Part shown: positions 56,979 through 64,000 of the stretch, piece after piece
Numbering within the stretch: position 1 is the first letter of the stretch
Layout of the letters: every line of letters starts with the position of its first letter
NCBI GenBank assembly: GCA_965217585.1
Contig: OZ244561.1
Location: 2,912,001 to 2,976,000 of the forward strand
Length of the DNA: 64,000 nt
DNA from: Candidatus Latescibacterota bacterium
GTDB lineage: Bacteria; Latescibacterota; UBA2968; UBA8231
Direction of reading: 5' to 3'
Program-made: the position numbers and the translations under genes
Notes under the pieces: generated by a model
Databases searched by the model: none
The model's input: the letters and a program-made list of their open reading frames with translations, nothing else
What the model was told of the DNA's origin: nothing

Positions 56979-58313
56979 ATGAACATCGACAGAGTCCGGG
57001 TCAGAGGATTGTTTGACCACTTCGACCACGACCTGGAGTTCCACACTAACGAACGCATCATGATTATGATCGGCCCGAACGGCTTCGGCAAGACCACGAC
57101 GCTACGGCTCATAGATGTATTATTCAACCAATCGATGTGGAGTCTGGCCCGCATGCCGTTTCGAGATATCGAGGTCTCGTTCGATGAAGGTACGACCTTG
57201 ATTGCAGCGAGAGAAACGGATCCAATGCGCCAACAGAAGGACCGTCTACCGGTCACCCTGACTGTTCAGTGTAACGGCGAAGAAGAGACATTTTCGCCCC
57301 CCAAAGTCGCGGTTGATCCGAACGACTTGACGATTCCGCTCTCCGCTGTCGATGACATCATTCCGGTTCTTGACCGTGTCGGTCCCCGAAAGTGGCGCAA
57401 CAGGGAGACTAATGACGTACTGGATCTCGACGAGGTGCTCACGGTCTTCCATGACGAATTCCCGCCGGAGGTTCAACGCGTTGACTTAGCAAGCCCGGAA
57501 TGGCTGCAAGAATTACTACATGCTGTCGCGGTTCGCTTCATCGACACTGAACGTCTGACGGGCACAGCCAAGAGAGATCGGCGCGGGCTATGGAAAGGTC
57601 GTCCTGAGCGCACCGTTCGCCTTTATTCTGAGGAACTCGCCAGTCAGGTAAACGACTCAATCGCAAAATACGGCGCGCTATCTCAGTCCCTCGACAAGAC
57701 GTTTCCTGTGCGCTTGGTCGCCGCTGGCGGACGCTCCGGCGGGTCCGTGGAGACGTTGCGAGAAGATCTCGACACGATCGAACAGAAGCTCTCACAACTT
57801 GAAGAGGTTGGCCTGCTAGTGGGTGATCAGGTCCACATCAAGATTCCTGATTTGGCTGACGTAGATGAGTCGCAGCGCGGCGTGCTCGCGGTGTATGCAA
57901 AGGACACTCAGGACAAACTGGGCGTGTTCGATGAGCTATACGAGAAGGTAGGCACCTTCAGAAGGATAGCGAACTCGCGCTTTCGTCATAAACAGGTGAG
58001 GGTGGACGGGCAGGGGTTCAGCGTCGTTACGGACGATGGTTTGACTCTGGATTTGGAAATGCTCTCCTCTGGAGAACAGCATGAACTCGTCATTCTTTAT
58101 GAATTGCTCTTTAGGGCAAAGAGCAATTCACTCATTCTCATCGACGAGCCAGAGCTTTCGCTTCACGTCGCTTGGCAAGAGCGGTTCGTGAAGGATCTTG
58201 AGGAAACCGCTAGAGTGTCCAACTTTCGCGCAATTATCGCGACGCATTCCCCGGAGATCATTGGAGACAGATGGGACCTTACTGTTGAACTGAGTGGTCC
58301 GAACGGGGACTGA
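56979..58313 (+). CDS. ABC-type AAA ATPase (AAA_21), PARIS AriA-like
   Basis: GPNGFGKTT, LSSGEQH, LIDEPELSLH, IIATHSP. Confidence 0.85.
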   Translation: MNIDRVRVRGLFDHFDHDLEFHTNERIMIMIGPNGFGKTTTLRLIDVLFNQSMWSLARMPFRDIEVSFDEGTTLIAARETDPMRQQKDRLPVTLTVQCNGEEETFSPPKVAVDPNDLTIPLSAVDDIIPVLDRVGPRKWRNRETNDVLDLDEVLTVFHDEFPPEVQRVDLASPEWLQELLHAVAVRFIDTERLTGTAKRDRRGLWKGRPERTVRLYSEELASQVNDSIAKYGALSQSLDKTFPVRLVAAGGRSGGSVETLREDLDTIEQKLSQLEEVGLLVGDQVHIKIPDLADVDESQRGVLAVYAKDTQDKLGVFDELYEKVGTFRRIANSRFRHKQVRVDGQGFSVVTDDGLTLDLEMLSSGEQHELVILYELLFRAKSNSLILIDEPELSLHVAWQERFVKDLEETARVSNFRAIIATHSPEIIGDRWDLTVELSGPNGD

Positions 58314-59152
58314 TGCGTCGCAAGCCGATAGTCAAGGCCAATGAAATACGCCTGAAACGTCAGCACCACAACGGTTGCTTTCTCGTAGTCGAAGGTCGCG
58401 ACGACCGATTGTTCTTCGAGCAGTTCATCGATGCTGATGCCTGTACGGTAATTGTAGCTGACGGAAAGCCGAACGTTGCTGAAGTCATCGGCATACTGGA
58501 CGCGGATCGCTTTCCGGGCGTAGTCGGTGTAGTAGATGCGGACCTCGATCATATAGAGGGCATCGAACAGGAAAGTGACAATGTTATTGTTCTCGAGACG
58601 GTGGACTTGGAAGCGTTGCTCATTCAGTCCCCTGCGCTTGATCGTGTCCTAGTCGAGCTAGGGAGTGCTGCGAAGATCGCCAGATTCGGGAAGGATGTTC
58701 GGAAGGCGCTACTTGAAGCTACGCTGACGATCGGGTGTCTGCGTCTACATTCAATGCGTGCCGAGCTGAGTCTGACGTTTCAAAAGATCAACTACGCAAA
58801 ATGTATCGACGAAACGTCGCTCACAGTTGATGTTCACTTCCTCGTTCGGGAAGTGAAGAATCGTTCCAGCCGTTTCGATCTGCGGTGCCAAGATCTCGTG
58901 CAGGGCATCGACGCCATCCAGCTCCCATTGGAAGACCCGTGGCTGGTATGTTACGGAGCGGACATGGTGGCACTCCTGGCATTCGGATTGAGGAAAACGC
59001 TGGGCACGAATAATTCACAGGCCGTAGCCCCGGACGTGCTACGTAGGTGTCTACGTCTGGCGTTTCAGCGCAGTGACCTGAACAAGTCGCAACTCGCCTC
59101 GGAGTTACACGATTGGACGGCGCGGAACTCGGGTTTTAGCGTATTAAGATAA
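58313..59152 (+). CDS. DUF4435/TOPRIM protein, PARIS AriB-like
   Basis: [27 protein letters not shown]; TGATG coupling to the ATPase. Confidence 0.8.
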   Translation: MRRKPIVKANEIRLKRQHHNGCFLVVEGRDDRLFFEQFIDADACTVIVADGKPNVAEVIGILDADRFPGVVGVVDADLDHIEGIEQESDNVIVLETVDLEALLIQSPALDRVLVELGSAAKIARFGKDVRKALLEATLTIGCLRLHSMRAELSLTFQKINYAKCIDETSLTVDVHFLVREVKNRSSRFDLRCQDLVQGIDAIQLPLEDPWLVCYGADMVALLAFGLRKTLGTNNSQAVAPDVLRRCLRLAFQRSDLNKSQLASELHDWTARNSGFSVLR

Positions 59153-59434
59153 GAGACCCTGTTTCATCGCTTGGGCTAAGTCGTAGGCCGCCTGCAATCG
59201 GTACCACGTGTTCGCCCCGCCGCCGAATGCCTTGTCGAGGCGGATCGCCATCTGCGGCGAGATCCTCGAATGACCATTCACGACATCGGATAGCTGCTTT
59301 CGGCTGACGCCAAGTTTTTTTGCTGCTTCCGTCACGCTAAGCCCCAACGGCTCTAGGCAGTCATGACGGACGGACAGACCTGGATGGGGTGGGTTCTTCA
59401 TCTGGAGACCGTTGTGTCGGAAGCGGACAATCAT
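59144..59434 (-). pseudogene. higA: HigB N-terminal 10 aa fused in frame to a C-terminally clipped HigA
   Basis: [10 protein letters not shown] (HigB-like start) + MKNPPHPG...[10 protein letters not shown]; ends QGLLS where the second copy continues. Confidence 0.75.
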
Positions 59435-59564
59435 TCATAGAATGTAACCTGTCACTTCCCAGTTTGCCATTCTCCTTGGCTTGGGCTGCCGGCCCCCGGC
59501 GACGGTGCTAGCGATTGATAGTTTTCACTCGAATCAGGAGTTTTACTATTTGATGAAAATACCT

Positions 59565-59599
59565 ATTTGAGTGAAATTTCTTGATTTTTTCACTCAAAT
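59565..59599. promoter_or_regulatory. Inverted-repeat operator upstream of the AbiEi-like gene
   Basis: ATTTGAGTGAAA-N11-TTTCACTCAAAT perfect 12-bp inverted repeat; partial third site TTTTCACTC at 59522. Confidence 0.6.
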
Positions 59600-59614
59600 C
59601 CCTATTTTCAGCAA

Positions 59615-60718
59615 ATGATGAAATCTGCTGAAATAGTGAAAGAGCTAGAGATCGCGGCCGCGAATGCTGTCCGCGACCTGCTAGGCCATGTGCCGAACGT
59701 GGAGATCGGCTCGGTCGATTATGAGGAGAATGTCGGACGCGACTACCGAATCGATTTACGGATCGCTTTGAGTCGTGGCGGCGTCAATTATGCGCTCATC
59801 ATTGAGGTGAAAGGGAATGGGGCACCGCGCTTTGTCCGTTCCGCGATCTATCACCTTAGAGACTATGTGGCGCATGTGGATCAATCCAATCACGCGGATG
59901 CCGGCCAGCGTTTGATTCCGATGCTTGTCAGCCCCTACCTGTCTCCGGAGTCGCGGGCGATCTGCACCGATCACAATGTCGCTTATCTCGATCTTTTCGG
60001 GAACGCCCATCTCGCTTTTGATAGTGTCTATATTGATCGAGCCGTCGCAGATAAGCCGAAGTCCGAAAGCCGAGCGCTAAGGTCAATCTTTAACCCAAAG
60101 GCGGCCGCTATCTTGCGCGTTATGCTGCGCGATCCAGACCGCGCATGGCGCGTCACCGACTTGGCCGAAAAAGCCAATGCGAGCCTTGGTCATGTGAGCA
60201 ATGTTCGCAAAGCGCTGCTTGAACGGGAATGGATTGAAAAACGGGTTGACGGCGTCGTCCTCAGCCAGCCGGATGCGCTCTTGAAAGCGTGGCGTGAGAA
60301 CTATCGTCGGCCGGCCGGCCATCGCATCACCGGATACACGCATCTCCACGGCAAGCAGTTCGACGAGCGATTGTCGAAAGCACTTAATCCACAGTGCCCG
60401 CGCGCGATCTACTCATTGCATTCCGCCGCCCAATGGTTCGCGCCCTTTGGCCGGGACGGCACACATACTTTATATGCTGACGAATCTGGTGCTCAATTTT
60501 TGCAAGAGGCGTTGAGACTGACCCCTGTCACAAAAGGAGCGAATGTCGTCTTGCATATCCCCAATGATGAGAGCCTGTTCGACGACGCCATAGAGCCAGC
60601 GCCAGGCATATTCTGTACCAGTCCGATCATTACGTATCTCGATCTGTGGAACGGCAACGACCGCGACCGTGAGGCTGCCGAATATGTAGCCAGGGAGTTC
60701 TTCGCATGGCTAGAATAG
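59615..60718 (+). CDS. AbiEi-like type IV TA antitoxin/regulator (REase-like N-terminus plus wHTH)
   Basis: ID...ALIIEVK, SPYLSP, YLDLFGN, LAEKANASLGHVS, SPIITYLDL...DRDREAAE. Confidence 0.7.
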   Translation: MMKSAEIVKELEIAAANAVRDLLGHVPNVEIGSVDYEENVGRDYRIDLRIALSRGGVNYALIIEVKGNGAPRFVRSAIYHLRDYVAHVDQSNHADAGQRLIPMLVSPYLSPESRAICTDHNVAYLDLFGNAHLAFDSVYIDRAVADKPKSESRALRSIFNPKAAAILRVMLRDPDRAWRVTDLAEKANASLGHVSNVRKALLEREWIEKRVDGVVLSQPDALLKAWRENYRRPAGHRITGYTHLHGKQFDERLSKALNPQCPRAIYSLHSAAQWFAPFGRDGTHTLYADESGAQFLQEALRLTPVTKGANVVLHIPNDESLFDDAIEPAPGIFCTSPIITYLDLWNGNDRDREAAEYVAREFFAWLE

Positions 60719-60864
60719 AACCGCGATCCGCCAATGACTATGATGACCGCACCACAGCGGCGGTCAAATCCGTACTGGTCGAGATCGGGCAAATCTTGGG
60801 CAGCTTTGAAAGCAAGTACTCTGGAGGCATTTTGATTATGTATATACAGTTGTATACTCAATAG
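60706..60864 (+). pseudogene. 5' fragment of the partner nucleotidyltransferase-like (AbiEii-like) gene
   Basis: MARIEPRSANDYDDRTTAAVKSVLVEIGQILGSFESKY overlaps the upstream stop, then runs into the AT-rich brnT leader. Confidence 0.6.
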
Positions 60865-60865
60865 A

Positions 60866-61162
60866 ATGAACTTTGAATGGGACGAAGCCAAAAATGAGGC
60901 AAACCTTGCCAAGCATGGGATTGACTTTAAAGGTGCTCAAACCATTTGGGAGACCACCGTAGTTACTCTGCAAAGCTCCCAACCGCATTCCGACGAAGTT
61001 CGCTATCTAGCAATTGGTCTCTATAAAGGGCGTGAAATCACCGTCGTCTATACGTGGCGCGGTGCCAATATACGCCTGATTTCAGCGCGGAGGGCACGTA
61101 CCAATGAGCGAAAATTCTACTGGCAAAATGCGCGACCGAACGAATCTGAAGAGGCTGGATAG
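60866..61162 (+). CDS. brnT: BrnT ribonuclease toxin
   Basis: MNFEWDEAKNEANLAKHGIDF, EVRY..IG, IRLISARRA. Confidence 0.93.
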   Translation: MNFEWDEAKNEANLAKHGIDFKGAQTIWETTVVTLQSSQPHSDEVRYLAIGLYKGREITVVYTWRGANIRLISARRARTNERKFYWQNARPNESEEAG

Positions 61163-61400
61163 CCTCACCGACGAAGAGATTGAACAGGCGGCTCGGTCCG
61201 ATGCCGATACCTTGCTGTTAGAAGGGTGCGATATGGCGTCCCTGGAGGTCGTGATGCCTGAGAGGAAACAATCGATTTCTTTGCGTGTTGACTCGGATGT
61301 ATTGGCCTATTTCAAGTCCTTTGGTAAAGGCTACCAAACGCGGATGAACGCTGTATTGCGCACCTATATGCAAGCCCAACAACGCCAAAAAGAGGTCTGA
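61104..61400 (+). CDS. brnA: BrnA antitoxin
   Basis: KQSISLRVDSDVLAYFKSFGKGYQTRMNAVLR. Confidence 0.93.
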   Translation: MSENSTGKMRDRTNLKRLDSLTDEEIEQAARSDADTLLLEGCDMASLEVVMPERKQSISLRVDSDVLAYFKSFGKGYQTRMNAVLRTYMQAQQRQKEV

Positions 61401-61409
61401 GAAGCGGTT

Positions 61410-61712
61410 TTACTCCCTCAGAGCAGGGGTAGTGGACAGCCGCCCGACCTTGATTTGGTCGGCCTGTTTCATCGCTTGGGCTAAGTCGTAGGCCGCCTGC
61501 AACCGGTACCACGTATTCGCTCCGCCGCCAAATGCCTTGTCAAGGCGGATAGCCATCTGCGGCGAGATTCCCGAACGACCATTCACGACATCGGATAGCT
61601 GTTTCCGGCTGACTCCAAGTTTTTTTGCCGCTTCCGTCACGCTAAGCCCCAATGGCTCTAGGCAATCGTGACGGATGGACAGTCCCGGATGAGGTGGGTT
61701 ATTCATTGGCAT
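61410..61712 (-). CDS. higA: HigA antitoxin
   Basis: [50 protein letters not shown]. Confidence 0.92.
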   Translation of the reverse strand: MPMNNPPHPGLSIRHDCLEPLGLSVTEAAKKLGVSRKQLSDVVNGRSGISPQMAIRLDKAFGGGANTWYRLQAAYDLAQAMKQADQIKVGRLSTTPALRE

Positions 61713-61726
61713 CTTATAGTCTTTCT

Positions 61727-61765
61727 TCAGTGGTAATCGATTAGGTCTACGTCGCTGGCATGCAC
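61727..61765 (-). pseudogene. higB: HigB C-terminal remnant
   Basis: [11 protein letters not shown] directly upstream of higA; HigB proteins end in D.DYH. Confidence 0.7.
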
Positions 61766-61903
61766 GCTGCAAACGATTTCTAGGGAGCTTGCCCGACCTT
61801 TGCATGCGTTCTATTATACCCATGACTGCTACAGGTATTATACATCTCCCGTTGCGAAAACAGCGATACCACGACCCGTCGAATGTTGCGTTGAAAGAAA
61901 GTC

Positions 61904-64000
61904 ATGAAAGTCGCTATCACGCTTTCGGCCATTTGTCTGGCGCTGCCAGCCATGGCGCAGGACAAATCGTCGTATGACTTGGTTATCGGGAGCGCGAAAG
62001 CGTCCGGCCAAGCCAGTTTACCTGAGTATGTCAATGTTCGCAACGAACGAATCGAAGCATCCATGCTGTCAGGAGGCTACTTCACCCTAGGTACCGCCGC
62101 AGGCCTTTCGGCATCGACGCTGGATGACCAGTGTGCTATTACCTACGGCCATCCCTATGCCAAGACATCCCATTTGGTTTTTTCTGTCGATGGAAACTGG
62201 TACCGGCTGGAGGATTATTTTAGCAACGATGGTTTAACTCTGGAGCAGTCGGGAGACGCGCTACGAGTCCAGGCGCGGTCTGAGGGCGATGTAATGGTGA
62301 CCTTTACCGTGGCGCTCGGCGAAGGTCACGGTGCCCTACTCCAGGCCGAGATAGGCAATTTCGACGACGTACCTCACACCTTCAGGGTCGGCGTTGCCCT
62401 CGATCCGGCGCTAGGCCGTTGGGGGGACGGATACCTGACTCTCGGCAGTGAATCTCTGCGGCACGGAGCCCGTCTGCGGTCTCCCGATCTACCCGCGGTG
62501 TTGACTTTGTGGGAACGAGATCGCACCGCCAAGGGATTGGGGGTGGACTTTTCTTTTGCGGATCCGGCCCCGGACCTCGTCGTCGCTGGTAACTGGGCAA
62601 AGCTGCACGGAACGGACGCGCCGGAGGACCAACCTGCAACAGAAGAACGGCTTTACGACCTCGCTCTGAAGGTGTACTGGGGTGAAACGCAATTATCCCC
62701 GGGTGAAACCCGCCTGTACCGGATGGCGATGGATCTACGGCCACCGGATTTCAGCACACCCGTCTTTGTGCGCTGGGACCTGCCATCCTCTTTCGTCCTA
62801 ACCGACAACCTGATGTTTCCGCGCGATTTCAAAAGCTATCTGGAGATCGTCAACAACAGCGGACGGCAGGTCAACGCCACGGTCTCTCTCGACCTGCCGA
62901 CGGTGTTGAATGCGGTCCCCGCCGAGCACGCGCTCTCTCTGGACACACAACCGGCCTACCATCAGCTCGACATGCGTTCCAATCTGGTTTATGAGGATGG
63001 TATATTCGACGTTGGCGTTGAAGTCACGGAGGGGGGTGAGATTCTCGACCAATTGCGCCGCGCTTTCTTCCTGCCGGCGACGCCGGTAGCCGACATCGGC
63101 TTGGTCGTACGGGTGGATACCGTCGATTTGACCCACTACCCGGAAGTGGCGCTGACCTTCGAAGTCAGGGAAGAGGCGGAGGATCGCCTCATTACGCGGC
63201 TGGCGCCGGAAAATCTGTTCTTGTTCGAAAACGACCAGCGTCTGCGGGAGTTCTCCCTGAAGAAAGACCGCTCGTCCGGCGTCGATGCGGTGGACATCGT
63301 CTTTGTTCTAGACGTGACCGGTAGCATGGGAGATGAGATCGACGGAGTAAAGAATCACATTGTCGAATTCGCCGACAGCCTCAGCCATCGGGGGATCGAC
63401 TTCCGTCTGGGTATGGTGACGTTCCTGGACGTCATCGGGAACGTCTATCCATTCACCCGCGATGTTCAAGCGTTTCGCGCTCTGGTCGGCGAGCAGTTCG
63501 CCGACGGTGGCGGCGACGGACCAGAAAATTCCCTAGATGCGCTTATGGAAGCGACGCGATTCCTATTTCGGCCGGAGGCCAGTCGCGTGGTCGTATGGAT
63601 CACCGATGCCAATTACCACGAGAGGAATTCCGTGACTCCTCTCACCCGAAGCGAGGTGATCGACGCCCTTCTCGCCAACGAAATCACGGTACATTCCGTC
63701 GGCAACACTTCGTACCGTTCGGCCTTCTACGAGCCCTTCACTGTAGCGACCGGTGGCCGCGATTTTGACATATACGGCAACTTCCGGGACGTTCTGCTGG
63801 AAATTTCTCGCTTTGAAGTTTTCGGCAAGTTTGTCGTTACCTACCTCTCGCCGGCAGTGGACCGTGACGAAAACCGGATCGAACTGAAAATCCGGTACGC
63901 CGGACTGGGAGGTATGGCAGTACTGAGCTACTTGATTCCATCTTCAGGGAAAACGGGGAAACGGCTGAGTTTTTTCCCCAATCCGTTCAACTCGGAGATA
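61904..64000 (+). CDS. Secreted VWA-domain protein with T9SS-A/FlgD-like tail; runs off the window end (absent from the ORF track)
   Basis: MKVAITLSAICLALPAMAQ signal peptide; DIVFVLDVTGSM MIDAS motif, GGDGPEN, WITDA; window ends in-frame at FFPNPFNSEI. Confidence 0.85.
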   Translation, partial: MKVAITLSAICLALPAMAQDKSSYDLVIGSAKASGQASLPEYVNVRNERIEASMLSGGYFTLGTAAGLSASTLDDQCAITYGHPYAKTSHLVFSVDGNWYRLEDYFSNDGLTLEQSGDALRVQARSEGDVMVTFTVALGEGHGALLQAEIGNFDDVPHTFRVGVALDPALGRWGDGYLTLGSESLRHGARLRSPDLPAVLTLWERDRTAKGLGVDFSFADPAPDLVVAGNWAKLHGTDAPEDQPATEERLYDLALKVYWGETQLSPGETRLYRMAMDLRPPDFSTPVFVRWDLPSSFVLTDNLMFPRDFKSYLEIVNNSGRQVNATVSLDLPTVLNAVPAEHALSLDTQPAYHQLDMRSNLVYEDGIFDVGVEVTEGGEILDQLRRAFFLPATPVADIGLVVRVDTVDLTHYPEVALTFEVREEAEDRLITRLAPENLFLFENDQRLREFSLKKDRSSGVDAVDIVFVLDVTGSMGDEIDGVKNHIVEFADSLSHRGIDFRLGMVTFLDVIGNVYPFTRDVQAFRALVGEQFADGGGDGPENSLDALMEATRFLFRPEASRVVVWITDANYHERNSVTPLTRSEVIDALLANEITVHSVGNTSYRSAFYEPFTVATGGRDFDIYGNFRDVLLEISRFEVFGKFVVTYLSPAVDRDENRIELKIRYAGLGGMAVLSYLIPSSGKTGKRLSFFPNPFNSEI

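Noticed and set aside
1-64000. tRNA, rRNA, prophage, integrase or retron/RT genes
   Set aside because: No cloverleaf or rRNA-like sequence and no phage structural, recombinase or reverse-transcriptase motifs were seen by eye

Overview
GC-rich (roughly 60%) bacterial chromosomal window. The combination of FlgD/T9SS-like C-terminal domains, a C-terminal 'WGRIK' tail, several PhyH dioxygenases and many TA modules suggests an FCB-superphylum organism such as Ca. Latescibacterota (inference only). The core is a ~21 kb minus-strand cluster (38.3 to 17.2 kb). It encodes a PPIase lipoprotein, three paralogous secreted proteins with a TPNGDG/FlgD C-terminal domain ending in 'V[AG]VAY/IAVAY', two paralogous ~870-aa putative outer-membrane proteins with acidic Ca-binding-like loops, a membrane glycosyltransferase-TPR protein, a WGRIK-tailed secreted protein, a PhyH enzyme and a sugar-type ABC importer. 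This is the best candidate for an undescribed surface/secretion system. Small accessory cassettes are interspersed: a frameshifted NACHT/STAND ATPase, PIN, MNT-HEPN, DUF4258-YgiT, BrnTA, HigBA remnants, an AbiEi-like gene, a PARIS-like AAA+DUF4435 pair, an MmeI-like relic and an ART-like orphan. Two cassette stacks are bracketed by duplicated, synonymously diverged 3' tails of host genes, with no integrase nearby. Many toxin genes have been gutted by deletion while their antitoxins remain. No rRNA, tRNA or CRISPR array was seen. All family assignments come from motif recognition by eye; no database search was run.
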